Below, piece after piece: positions 27,211 through 40,662 of a stretch of DNA of 64,000 bases. The DNA comes from Octopus sinensis (taxonomy: Eukaryota). The notes below the pieces were generated by a model. The model saw only the letters and a list, made by a program, of their open reading frames with translations. It was not told the origin of the DNA and made no database searches. Where the stretch lies: assembly GCF_006345805.1 (NCBI RefSeq), contig NC_043008.1, forward strand, positions 11,656,001 to 11,720,000, given 5' to 3'. The first letter of the stretch is position 1; the number at the start of each line of letters is the position of its first letter. Both the position numbers and the translations under genes were made by a program.

Positions 27211-27581
27211 AACAACGGGGCGCCACTGCATGGTGCCAAATATTCCAACATCACCATCAAAATACAGGTCCAGATACTGCAACAGCTTGGGTTTCAGAGG
27301 ATCACAGCTCTTTAACATCCTCTCTAAATGCCTGAGAGACTTACATGGTGTGGATGTGGGTTTCTTTAAAACTAACCTAGATCTCTTCTTGTCGGGGGTC
27401 CCAGATGAACCTACCTCACGACAGGAGACGCAGATGTGGGCAGCAGCATCGAACTCCCTTGTTGATCAAGTGCCATGTATCAGAGGTGGATACACATATT
27501 AGTGTAGCTCATTCAGCGGTGGTGCCCCGGCATGGCCGCGGCCTTCGGGCTAAAACATTTTTATGGATTTAAGGATTAAGG
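27211..27581 (+). mobile_element. CR1-group LINE 3' end
   Basis: GRHC..NSLGFRGSQLFNIL..FFKTNLDLFLSGVPDEP..SNSLVDQ is a CR1-group C-terminal pattern. The 3'UTR has a stem-loop and a short AAGGATT-type tail. Confidence 0.82.
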
Positions 27582-27860
27582 TGTAGCAACATAGTTTACA
27601 GCTTCTGCCATCTCCCCACCACTATTTTACGTAGATCTTTCTTTTATTTTATTACACCAAGTGTCTGCTGGTACCATCCCAGTCTCGTCTATTTATTCTC
27701 AACGAAGAATCGCCGAGAAAGTGCTCTGTATGCAGTCTATTGATGGGAATAAACCTAAAAGAATACCCGAACCTCGTTGCTCATTATGTTTAGGATTTCT
27801 TGCCCGTAATTCTCATAGCACACTCACACTCATATTGAAATGTATATATGTGCATGAGCG

Positions 27861-27988
27861 TATGGTTCCGGGTTCAGTCCTACTGCGTGGTACTTTGGGC
27901 TAGTGTCTTCTACTATAGCCTCGGGCCGACCAAAACCTTATGAGTGTATTTGGTACAGGGAAACTGAAAGAAGCCCGTCGTATATGTG

Positions 27989-28027
<39 letters not shown>

Positions 28028-28242
28028 TTGTGTGTCTGTGCCCCCACCTCCACCACCAACATCTGTTGACAACAGATGCTGGTGTGTTTTCGTCCACGTA
28101 ATTCAGCGATTCGGCAAAATCGAACGATAGAATAAGTAGTAGGATTGCAAAGAATAAGTGCTGGGGTCGATTTCCTCGACTAAAGTCGGTGCTCCAGCAT
28201 GGCCACAGTCAAATGAAGGAAACAGGTAAAAGAGCAAAGAGA
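27861..28242 (+). mobile_element. SINE family A (A-box lost)
   Basis: GGTTCAGTCC B-box, TGTCTTCTACTATAGCCTCGGGCCGACC, internal (TA)/(TG), tail GGTGCTCCAGCATGGCCACAGTCAAATGA. Confidence 0.88.
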
Positions 28243-28268
28243 TATATGCATGTATACAAAAACGCGCG

Positions 28269-28306
<38 letters not shown>

Positions 28307-28419
28307 AAAGGAAAGTTACGTTGATAAAGTATATTCCACTTCAAATATTAATGGCACACTAGTGCCATAATGCTTTTAGAAACACCAATACGTAGATATT
28401 TCTAGTAATTCATCTCTTG

Positions 28420-29140
28420 CAGGCGGCGGCACGTGCGGGTGCAGCAGGTTATTGGGATGTTGCGTTTTGTATGTTGCCGATGGTATGACCTAAATTTCAG
28501 GTATTGGTCTGTGTGTCCGTGTGCTTATAGCTAATGTATGTGGTAATAGTGGTGTACTTTTTAATTACCATTATATTATATCTAGGAATGGTAATTTGGT
28601 ACCACTTACCTCCTCTGTAAATTAATGAAATGGTTTCAAGTAGTTCTGTAGGATATCGAACGCTTCCAGAGTATTTAGAGATTCTGTTAAGATTATGAAG
28701 CGATCGTCAACGTATCTATTCCATTCTTTTTCAATATACTTTCTAAATTCAGTGCTATAGCTTTCCTGAGATGTTCTAAATATCCCATTACAGAGTTCGC
28801 GTAAAGGGAGCAAACCTCGTTCACATTACTGTGCCTTTAATTTGGATGTAATTCTCACCATTGAAGAAGAATGTGTTATTTTCTAGAATAAGTCTCACTG
28901 CGTCTAATATAAATGGCACTGTGAATCTGTTGGGAATCATTTCTTTATGCTTTCCTATCCAGTATTTAATCGCGTGTATTCCTAAATCATTAGGAATATT
29001 GATGTAAAGGCTTACTGCATCAAATTTAAGTAGAAGTGAATTTCTTTCAGTTGTTTTAGGAAAAATGGGACAGAAAGTCCATGGCATCCTGAATGAAACT
29101 GGGTAAATAGGTACAGAGTGGTTTCAAAACGATGTCAATA
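28420..29140 (-). mobile_element. Penelope-like element reverse transcriptase relic
   Basis: LPSFIQDAMDFL; FDAVSLYINIP; LILENNTFFFNGENYIQIKGTVM; WNRYVDD; LPFLDI; YKHTDT. These are PLE-type RT motifs in the correct order, with stops and frameshifts. Confidence 0.88.
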
Positions 29141-29166
29141 AATATATATACCTGTATGTGTTTATA

Positions 29167-29257
<91 letters not shown>

Positions 29258-29973
29258 TATATATACATATATATATATGTATTTTTGTCTGTATGCATGA
29301 CAAAGAGCTATTTGACATTTACTATTAAAATTACGTGAAATGCCTGTGTGTCTGCCTATGTGCGTGTGTCTGTACAAATATATGTATAGTACACTATTAA
29401 TCGATTACTTCTCCCTTCACAAATAATTCCTTTACCCCATCGTGAATGAGATTTCGGGCCATGTATAGTGTTACTTTCCGGCTACTAAATACTGTTTGCA
29501 AAAGAGATTCAATGAAATCACAACACTAGTCACTTGAGCTCAGATTATATAACGTTTCACCGATTCTATAATAACGAGTAAAGCATCGCCGAAGTAGTTG
29601 TATCTATGACAGATTATCATTCATTCGCATGCGCATGAAAAGACAAAAACCGAAACAAGGATGCTAAATATATTTTAATGAACTTGAATTGCAGCACATA
29701 ATATTAATGCTAAAAATATACAAGTAAACATTGCGTTAAAAATGAATGCAATCTTTATTTCGTTTACAATGGAACGCAGGTACTTATTGTTAGAGAACGA
29801 ATCCAATGAATAGACTGACAACACTACAAGAGGAAGAGCGACAAAAACTCAGATAGCAGACGCTGCTTCGTAATCATTCCGAAAATCATTTGAAGAACAT
29901 CGGATTGCAATATGAATCATTTGTTTCTGTTTTTGTGATTTTCTTTTTGATATTTTGCAGCAGATCAAATTAA

Positions 29974-29979
<6 letters not shown>

Positions 29980-30030
<51 letters not shown>

Positions 30031-30045
30031 CATATATATGATATG

Positions 30046-30087
<42 letters not shown>

Positions 30088-30448
30088 ATATCTGTATACA
30101 TATGTGTATATGTATATATATATATATAAGCATATACATATATACATAAGTATATATATATATGTGTGTGCGTGTATACATATACACATGTATCTATCCA
30201 CACACACATATATATATACATATATATAGATATTTATACATGAATATACATACATATATATATATATACATATATACATATATATATATATGTATATATA
30301 TGCACGTATATACGTGGGTGTATATATATACATGTGTGTATATATACATACGCATTATATCTATGTATCAACGTAAACAAAGAGATATAGAGATATGTAT
30401 ACTTTTTATAACTATATTTATTATGAATGTAAATATGAATGTATTTAA

Positions 30449-30485
<37 letters not shown>

Positions 30486-30605
30486 CACGCAACTATTCAC
30501 ACACTCTCTCTCATGCATACATACATACACACATACTTACACTCGCACACACACACATATATACGTATATATATATATATATATATATGCATATATATAC
30601 ATATA
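29980..30605. repeat. Degenerate (TA)n/(CA)n tract
   Basis: Direct reading. Confidence 0.93.
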
Positions 30606-31779
30606 TATCCGAGTATCTATTTTTGTTTGTTCTTGTTTTGTTTTTGTCATGAGCGCGTATGCATTTCTGCTTTGCCTGTGTTGTTTATATCAGCGGACAA
30701 ATGTCTACATTATATGTAATGTAATATAATGTGTAGCGAACATTCAATTGATTCCATGCAGCCAATATATTCTAATAAATGTCAGTACTGCAAGAGTAGA
30801 TAAGCGGCTGCTCCGTATGAAAAGAATATGATTGACTACCTACAGCTGCTTGGCTCGATGTTGTGATACTGTCTTTTTATGTCTCCAAACAATCCTTAAT
30901 TCTCTGATTATATCTAAATTTGAAATATTGTAAATCCCATCTCTCGCTTTGACCTACGCGTAATACCATTCATATTTTATAAGCAGTTTTATATTATCGG
31001 TTATATATATCCAAGTAATGTATCTTGTCAGGCTTTTGCAAACCCAAATATAACCAACAGCACGCGCCTTTGATAACGAAACGGAAAGCAGTTTTCCAAA
31101 TATAAAGATGGAGACACATAATTGTAAACTATACATATACTGCCAAACGTTTACGCACAGATATACACACTCTCACACACACATATCCAGACGCACACGC
31201 ACATACAGACAAACGTATATGTATGTAAACACACATGTGTGAGTGAGTTTGGGTTTGTGAGAACCTAGGTGAGTGTGAGTATGTGTGTGGTTGGTGTTCG
31301 TGTGTATGCGTTTGCTGTGCGTATGTGCGTGTGTGTGTGTATTTATATACAATAGAATTTTGTACGTATCCAGAAAATTCCTTTCAAACAATATTAACTT
31401 CAGAATATTGCAGAAGAAAATCACTGAACTCGCGGCATCACGTGTGTTCCAAAAATACACTTCGTCTCCGGTCATATCTAAACACCAACATGAAAATAAG
31501 CAGCCCCATCTAAGAACATTCAATGACGAAAAAGAAGCCCAGGCAAATAAGTAGTCTGACACGAAATTATAATCATATATATATATAATGCAGGGAATGG
31601 CAATGAGAATTTTGGGGATCATTTTCATGCGCTTGAGATCATGGTACTCGCAATGTCGCATTTTTAATTTCTTGTTATTTCAAACATTTAGCTACACAAG
31701 TATGTACATACTGCATTTAATCTTGACTCATTTTCCCCAACACTATTGGTATAGAAAACTCATATCCACAGACCTTATG

Positions 31780-32700
31780 AAAATGATAACAGCCAAACTA
31801 TGTTGAGTGATTTTCTCTTATAAGTACAAACTGGGTCACTCTGCCGCAGACGCTCTATGGAATATCAAGCGGGCCTTTGGTAATGGTTTTGTTGATATCA
31901 GGATTGTTCAGAAATGGTTCCAAAGCTCCCGTTCAGGGGATGACAGGGTTGAAAATAAACCAAGGGGTAGGCCAAAATCAGTTATTCTGCACTGGTGATT
32001 ACATGCTTTGGTTGGACAAAATCCGAGAACAAACGTTCGAAAACTTTCATCAGGACTCCAAACATCTCGCACAACTGTTTCTGGACGCCAATAAAAAATT
32101 TGAAAAAATCAAGAAAACAGATAGAATTGTTTCATATCAACCGGAAGTAATTTAAAAAAAAGACAAACAGAAGCCTCGAAGTGTGCTCCTTATTGCTTTC
32201 TCCGCTGGAAAAAGACCATTTTTGCATCAACTCATTACTTGTAATGAGAAATGGACTCTCTTTGACAACAGTAGAACAGGACAGTGATTAAATCCAGGAA
32301 AATCACCTAAACATAACCCAAACACACCATGGCACCCTAAAAAGCTAGTGGTCATTGTATGGTGGTCTGGGAAGGGAGTTATTCATTATTCATTTTTGCA
32401 TCAAGGAAAAACGGTAAAAGCAACATAGTATTGCCAGGAAATTGATTGTATGCATGAGAATTTGAAAAAGAAGTAACCCAGACTAGTGAATAGAGAAGGC
32501 TCAATTCTCCTCCACGACAATGCACATCCTCACACTCCTCAAGCTACGGTATAAAAGTAGCAAAGCTTGAATTATGAGATTTTCTAACATCCTTCCTATT
32601 TCCCCGATATGTCTCCTACTGATCATCACTTTTTAAAGCATTTTGAGCTTTTCATAAGCAATAAACATTTTTAGATAGAAAAGAGGTAATTGAAGCATTC
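31780..32700 (+). pseudogene. Near full-length decayed mariner transposase
   Basis: HTH region KLGHSAADALWNIKRAFG..VQKWF..PRGRP; FLHQLITCNEKW; HPKKLVVIVWW..GVIHY; ILLHDNAHPH; HPSYFPDMSPTDHHFLK. Many stops. Confidence 0.9.
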
Positions 32701-33036
32701 GTACTGTTTATCACATGAGAGCTAATATAGCTCTCTTCTTTAGTTTTATCTATGATAACTTACTCTATAATAATAACAACATAATAAATTGTGTTCGATA
32801 TTAACTGAACACAATCTTTCTTTTATATCGCTCTATAGACGATTATATATGTTTAGCAGGTGTTAACGTAAGTAAATTCCCCTTAATCTAGATTTTTTAC
32901 CTTATTATCCGTTTAGTGTCTATTCCAAAATCGTCTTTAAAATATTCGAATACTCTGATTGTATAATTAATTGCGACACATTACACTTATTTTTTCCTAT
33001 AAATACTTGATTTATTATTTACTATAAATACTTAAA

Positions 33037-33327
33037 TTCTCCATGGCGCAAGCCTGGGCGGTAGAAACGAAGACACTGGGCTGCCCAGACACCAGAATCT
33101 CCCTCTCGACCCCCCAGACATAATCCAAAGGAATGCAGTGCAGTACATTTGGAGTCTGGTTGGCTGCAGGAGTTGCCGGAAAGGGGTCGAGATACGACAC
33201 CCTACCGCCTTCGGGGCTCCACTCCGGATTTTCTGTCTGGGTTTACTCCTATAGCCCTTCCCTCTCCCAAGAGCATCCGCAAGGCAGCGGAGCGAGGGTT
33301 TGGAGTCAGAATTTTTTCTTCTCCTTA
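33037..33327 (-). mobile_element. GC-rich fragment resembling the 5' leader of an RTE-clade LINE
   Basis: Minus strand GGAGAAG..CTGACTCCAAACC..CCGCTGCCTTGCGG..GGAGTAAACCC..AAATCCGGAGTGGAGCCCC..GGCAACTCCTGC..CCCAGGCTTGCG resembles RTE 5'UTRs as I recall them. Sharp compositional boundaries. Confidence 0.5.
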
Positions 33328-34214
33328 AATTATAAATTTTATAATCCTGAAATTATTATTATTACTATTAAACTTTTTCTAAAAATAATTTCTTAAATCG
33401 AAAGGATAATTGATGGTTCAGTAATTCCTTTACTTCCTTCGGTGGATTACTCATGGTAAACTCAAATACAGCCTGGCTAGTTATTTTATTTCATGTACAG
33501 AGATTTAAATAGATACACATACAGAAATTCATAGAGAGAATGTCAGCCCTTAAATATTCTAATATTATATACATTAGCACCCAATACATATTTTTTAGCC
33601 TTGCTTAAAATAGACATGACTCCAAGAACAGATACATTACATGATTCCTAACAGAAAATCTGTGCTTCTAACTTCCTTTTTAGTTTTTATCCAAGCTACC
33701 GGCAAGTACAAATTTCGCAATTCCGATTTTCTCTTATGAATAGCTCTGTCTATTTACATAAATCTGAATGAATTCGTTGAACTGTGTTTAATAATTTAGA
33801 TCATATTCGGAGTATTTTACATTTTACATATATATATATATAATAGAAATATGTTACAAAAAGAAAATAGAAACTGCACGAGGTAACGTAAGGGAAAGTA
33901 AGAAAAATAAACGAAAATACACATTGTAAATCAAAGAAATTAAAGGCTTTTTATGAAAAGTAATGAAAGATATATACAATTAGATGAACTGAGGTAGGAA
34001 TAAAAGTAATAAAAGTCATTATTGTGACATTATTAAAAAGATTGAAGCATTACGGTTCGTAAGTAACTAATCATTGCTTTGAATACAACTATTCATTGCT
34101 TTGAATGCACACCGATAATATATATATATATATTATTTATAGAAGGACATGCATACCAGCCTCTCCTCTCCACACCAACGACCTCATCCAAGACAAAAGC
34201 AAAGGGCAGTGATG

Positions 34215-34355
34215 CCGCAACTCATTTCTACACCTGAATGAACTATACCAACGCGAAATAAAGTGTCTTACTCAAGAACACAACACATAGCCTGGCCCGA
34301 GATTCGAAGTCAATACCTCACGATTGTGAGCCGTTGGTTACCCACTCGGCCCACT
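34215..34355 (-). mobile_element. SINE family C head fragment
   Basis: AACTCATTTC..CAACGCGAAATAAAGTGTCTTACTCAAGAACACAAC..GATTCGAA..TCACGATTG resembles 61815-61950. Confidence 0.6.
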
Positions 34356-35471
34356 ATACATACACACATATTTATTATAATCTATCTGTCTATCTGTCTT
34401 TCTATCTATCTCTTTAACTATCCATTTATATTCATACAGATATGTACACACATGTATGTATATATGTGTGTGTGAGCTTGTGTTTGTACACACATATACA
34501 TGAATTTGCATACTATTATCATATACATTTTTTTAATCATAAGCCAGATGTTCATTTTTCCTCTTATTGAACGAAACATATTTCATCCATTTCTTCCGCC
34601 CATTTCTTGTGTATAATTAGATTCGTTGCTATCTTTCAGCATATTAAGTACACTATAGCATTTCAACAAAAAACGGTTTATTTTTTATGAAATCACTTAT
34701 ACAGTTTCGTTTTTGAATCCACTGTCAAATTGTTCTAACATCTATAAGCACCTTTAAATGAATGAAAACAGCAAACATAAATCTCCATAAGAGTGAGATT
34801 TAAATGGGAAAACATTATTTAGATATATATATTCGAAAAAAAAAACGTTTACTTATATTTCATATAAAATTCCTCCTTTGTATATCACTTGGAATAGATA
34901 GAGTACACACTTTGTTACTGATATAAATTTAGAATGGGCTTTTTCTGTGTATATAATGTATTTCATTTTTCATTTTAATTTAAAGTATTTTATCATAAAA
35001 ATATCTTCAATATCTCTTTTAACACAAAAAATTGATTTCCATGAGTATTAATACCTTCAGTCCTACGTTTATTTTTCAGCTGAAAAATTTTGATTTTTTT
35101 TCTTTCAATTAAGCTATTTTATATTAATATTTTGTATTAATATTTTATATTAATAGTATAGCTCAACTTCAACATGGCAATAACAATTTTTTTCAGAATT
35201 TCTCAAATTCTTCATTGGCTGAAGAACAAAGTCTTTTAAGCAGATATGTTTTTACATGGCAAATTTCATTTTCTGAATCCATTATTTTAACATTTAATAA
35301 TAATTCCTCAATAACATGCTGCACATAATCCATACAAATTTACTCAAACATTTGAAAGCTCTTGTTAAATTAAGAGATGCACCGTTGCAACCTTCATCTC
35401 TGTGCTTTTCATCAGGTACATGACTTCTTACGGAAATTTAATAGAACATACACACATACAAAAATACGCAC

Positions 35472-35540
<69 letters not shown>

Positions 35541-35542
<2 letters not shown>

Positions 35543-35822
35543 CTTATAAATAAGGGCAAACGAAAGAATTTCTAATGCCAAATATGTCGAAATTGAACAT
35601 ATTGTCCATAACATATAATTTTTCACAATACGCACTCTACTCGAAAAAAAAGCCGACAGAAATTTTTAAAAAATTCCATTATTACCATTTCTTTATGAAA
35701 TTTCTGTCGGTTTTTTTTCGAGTAGCGTGCGTATTGTGAAAAATTATATGGTTATGGACAATATGTTCAATTTCGACATATTTGGCATTAGAAAGTTTTT
35801 CGTTTGCCCTTATTTATAAGTT
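35541..35822. repeat. Long inverted repeat (125-bp arms, 32-bp spacer)
   Basis: 35541-35665 is the reverse complement of 35698-35822 with about 5 differences by manual comparison. Confidence 0.96.
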
Positions 35823-35924
35823 GTTTATAATTTTAACCTTTAAAGGTATTTCTTAATATGCTGGCCATTGATAAAATTTTTTTCGAAAACTTTTATCCTA
35901 CATTAAATATATATACTTCACTCA

Positions 35925-35996
<72 letters not shown>

Positions 35997-36149
35997 CACA
36001 CATACCCCCACACACTCATTTTTATTTCAAATCCAAAATTTTAATAAATCAATCCAAAATATATTTTCCATCATTAAAAAATGATTTCTCACCAAATTTC
36101 CATTAAAACTCAGTGGGTCTTATCTCAAACTTATTTCGAGTCATATTTT

Positions 36150-36660
36150 CAGCTCCACTTGTTTGATGAACGAAATGCCTCCCACTTTTGTTGCTTCGCT
36201 CAACTTGTTGCTTGTATATCAGGTCTCAACTTGTTGCTTGTATATCAGGTCTCAGCCAATTTTCCTTTGCTTCTTATTCACGAAAATATGTCATTGTCAT
36301 CGTCGGTGACTATGTGGTGAAGAAATCAGTGTCATGAGTAGCCTGACGTCAGCCAAACAAACCGCCGAGGAAAGGGGGCTTCTGTAGTTTATTTCTTTCA
36401 AATATGCAAAAACGATGCACCACGGATTTGGACCTTACCAATCAAGTGAATGTCTAGGGTAGCAATATCCATGAGCATCATGGAATGTAGAGGGTCAACG
36501 AGGTTGAAATTCTTTTTTCACTGGTAAAAACCATTTCTGTAATATTCTTTCAGTGATAACGTCTTCTCTGTACGCAGCAATACCATCTCGAACGGCTTTG
36601 GTAGCAATTTAGAAATTTGACTGAATTCGAAGAAAAGTAGATATCAAAAATTCTATTTTT
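36150..36660 (-). pseudogene. Decayed mariner transposase, N-terminal half
   Basis: ATKAVRDGIAAYREDVITERILQKWF (HTH) and FLHHIVTDD (first catalytic Asp region); also contains a 26-bp tandem duplication at about 36198-36253. Confidence 0.68.
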
Positions 36661-37181
36661 TTTCTTCTAATCGTCTTCCGTCTTTCTATAACTGAAAAGA
36701 GGTAAAATGAATTGAAATTTTAAAAACGATGAACAAAAGATTGAGAAGAAGTATAGAGATTAAAAGAATCATGAAACGCTACGATAAAAATATTTTTCGT
36801 GTTATATATACACATGTATACAGTTACATACTTGCATACATACATCTATGCATACATATTAAGTCTCAACATAGAAATATGATCTTTAAGTGGAATAGTA
36901 AAAATATGAAAGACTACTCTCAAGCTTAAAAGGTGACGTTATAGTCTACATTCCAACGATGGAGCTTTGTATCTTTGTTAGAAGCTAGAAACCAGCTCCA
37001 TCGTCAAAGGAAGAATTTAGATGACTACGTACAGAACACACAGACACATGCACGCACACACCTCCACACATATACTTACATATATATAGGTCTGGAGTAC
37101 TTTGTTGATTTGACTATCGCAGATCAGTGTATTATACATACACACGCATGCACACACACACATACACACACACACACACAC

Positions 37182-37227
<46 letters not shown>

Positions 37228-37244
37228 CATTTGTAAGTATACCA

Positions 37245-37475
37245 ATTTCTTTATTACCCACAAGGGGCTAAACATAGAGGGGACAAACAAGGACAGCCAA
37301 AGGGATTAAGTCGATTACATCGATCCCAGTGCGTAACTGGTACTTTATTTAATCTATCCCGAAAGGATGACAGGCAAAGTCGACCTCGGCGGAATTTGAA
37401 CTCAGAACGTAACGGCAGACGAAATACCGCTAATCATTTCACCCGGCGCGCTAACGTTTCTGCCCGCTCGCCGCC
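37245..37475 (-). mobile_element. SINE family B monomer, full length with 13-bp TSD
   Basis: Minus strand GGCGGCGAGCGGGCAGAAACGTTAG..B-box GAGTTCAAATTCC..tail CCCCTTGTGGGTAATAAAGAAAT. ATTTGTAAGTATA is duplicated at 37229-37241 and 37478-37490. Confidence 0.93.
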
Positions 37476-38980
37476 TTATTTGTAAGTATATATAAGCTAT
37501 ATCAGATTTCCAATACATGTATGAATCTGTATAAGTACTATCAGTTGTTGGTGAGCCATTTAAGCTTCTCTTCAATACATGTCTTTTGAGGTAAGAAAAG
37601 AAACGGGTGGCGATAAAATGCTGCTGGCGTTATTACCGCTGGAACGAAAAATATCGGAGCATTGAGTGCAAGGTATCCCGTACACTAGTGTGACAGTTGC
37701 ATAAATACATTACGATAAAGAGGTAATTGTTTATCGATCCTGATACTTTGAAAAAGAAATTTGGCCCCTGTGGTGATTTAACTCGGATCAAACTGAGATG
37801 GAACAAATATCGTCAGGCATTAGACCGGATGTTCAAAGAAATCGTTAAATTAACCGCTTTCTATGGACATACATATATGTATGATGTGTGTGTGTGTGTC
37901 AGTGTGCAGGAATATGTGAGTACGTGTGACGGTATATGGATGCATGTTTATATACATATACACATACACATGTGTGTGTGTGTGTGTGTGTGTTTATATT
38001 GCAGTGAACATGCCATGGCAAATGGATTCCAATATTTAGAACTCGTTCTTTAGGGAAAATTTGAAAGGAAAGAAATTAATGCAAGCACACACAAGCCCAT
38101 ACAAACATAGCAATGCAGGACACCACCACACACACACGCCTCTCCCACACGCACGCCCACACACCCACAAACACAGATACAAACTCATGCAGGGATAAAG
38201 AGAGAAATTTAGTCAGTAAAATGCTAATCTTATACTTCTCGCAGTAGGGTAATCACAAATATCTCAGCGATTGCTTTGTTCTGAAGCTCTTTTTCACTTC
38301 GAAGAAAACAATTACGAACCACGAGATCATTTTGGTGCATATAAAACACATTTTATCATAATGAAATGCGCTGTATAAGTCTATGACAGAAAGAAATTAA
38401 TTAAGTCAATTCCATGTATTTCTAGTAATTGATAAATAAAAGTCATGCGTAAGTAATATATTTATTATTAAAAGGAAACGAAAATATGGTTATCAAAAAT
38501 ATTTTATATTAAAGTACCTCACGAATAATCGTAAAGGTTTTGTAATACACTCTGATATATTATTTAGATCGTAGTCTTTACCAATGCTGAGGTTTCTCTA
38601 CACTGTAAATAATCGCCAGCTTATTCGGATTAAAGCCTAACACAAGAAATAGAATCTAGCCAGCATGAAAAACCGTTGTAGTATAATAACTGATTACTTT
38701 CAAACCCGTTCAATTCTCCCCAAAATGGCGTTTTGTAATATATGAAAATGTTTAAAAATCCCCATGCTGTCAGAGCATTTACTACTATGCAAATTAGATA
38801 CAACGCAATAGACTACACTGAGTTTGCCGAAGTTACAAGTAGATATAAGAGATAATTTTCTGTGAAATTTTTGTATATTTTCTTCCAGAAATTCTCATAA
38901 GACGTTGATTAAGTTCAAGTAGATACAAAATCATACGGATTATGTATTTTGAATAGTTTCATCGTGATATGTGAAATGTA

Positions 38981-39175
38981 TTGGGTTATCCCATAAATAA
39001 AGCGTTTATTTATACTTCTTTTATTGTTCAAAATAAAGAGAAACAAAGATCGTGTTTTTTTTTTCATCTAAGATATACTCTCCTTCATTTTCTACAATGC
39101 TCTTCCATCCAAGACCGGTTTGGAATGAGATCTGACTTCTTTTCACGGAGGCAACGCCGCGCATTCTTGTAATCA
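38981..39175 (-). mobile_element. Mariner 3' terminus
   Basis: TA-TTGGGTTATCCC TIR-like end; the minus-strand peptide WKSIVENEGEYILD matches mariner C-termini. Confidence 0.6.
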
Positions 39176-39219
39176 AAATGATTTCGACAAACAAAAGAAT
39201 CTTACTGGCCTTCACTCTT

Positions 39220-39252
39220 TCATTCATTCTTTCTTTCTTTCTTTCTTTCTTG

Positions 39253-39307
<55 letters not shown>

Positions 39308-39360
39308 GCTTTCTTTCTTTCTTCCTTTCTTTCTTTCTTTCTTTCTTTCTTTCTCTGTCT
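39220..39360. repeat. (CTTT)n microsatellite
   Basis: Direct reading. Confidence 0.96.
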
Positions 39361-39932
39361 GTCTGCCCGTCTGCCTCCTCTCTCCCTATATATCTCTCTT
39401 TTCTCTCCCTTGTACATAATGGCTGATACGTTGAGGATATGTCAAGTCAACTAAAGCGAGAGACAGGCAGCTTGCTAAGTGTGGGCTAGATTTGGTGACT
39501 CCCGACATGCATATTACCAGATATGATGTCTCCAGGAACAATGCTATCTCAATGAAATAATCTACTATTGGTAATGAATTCCTGGGGCCATCAATCAAAT
39601 ATTGGCTGCGTATCCATTGCTGAAGGGATTAAAATAGGAAAAGATATCACAAGGAGACGTCACAATTTTTTTTGAAGATATGCGAGAAAATATACATGCC
39701 AAGTGTTGAAAAATTGTATAGACATGAGGAAAGTGTCCGAGATTTTAGCTGTATTTTAGTAATTTAAGACTAACCGATCACATTCAGATACGATTTCGAT
39801 AAAAAGAGGAATGAAAAAAAAAAAAAGAAAATAAGAGTTGAATAGGCAGTGTGATCGACTGAATCGATTATGTGCATGAAGTTATCGCCCTGCATTGCGG
39901 TAGGTTAATAACTGAAACCAGGAACGAATGAA

Positions 39933-39934
<2 letters not shown>

Positions 39935-39982
<48 letters not shown>

Positions 39983-39988
39983 ATTATA

Positions 39989-40022
<34 letters not shown>

Positions 40023-40082
40023 CATATATATATATGTATATATATATATATATGTATATAAATATATATATATAATATATAA

Positions 40083-40164
<82 letters not shown>

Positions 40165-40419
40165 TAATATATATATATATATATATATAAAAACATATAT
40201 ATGAACATATATATGTATATATATATATATATATATAATATATATATAAACAAATACATATATGCTTATCTCAAAATTAAATTGTATGCATACATAGTTG
40301 TTAGTTGTATATCTGTGCGCTATGCGTCAATACATACAAACAAACACAAACATACACAAACACGCACACACACACACACACATGTATGTATATGCATATA
40401 TATATGTACGTAGTGTGTG

Positions 40420-40488
<69 letters not shown>

Positions 40489-40561
40489 TATCTATACGTT
40501 TGAGAGTTCTGTGCTTATGTATGCATATGCAAGCATATAAGAACATTTTTATGTATATCTA

Positions 40562-40641
<80 letters not shown>

Positions 40642-40662
40642 AATCTATATATATATATATAT
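39935..40662. repeat. Compound (TA)n/(CA)n/(TCTA)n tract
   Basis: Direct reading. Confidence 0.94.
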
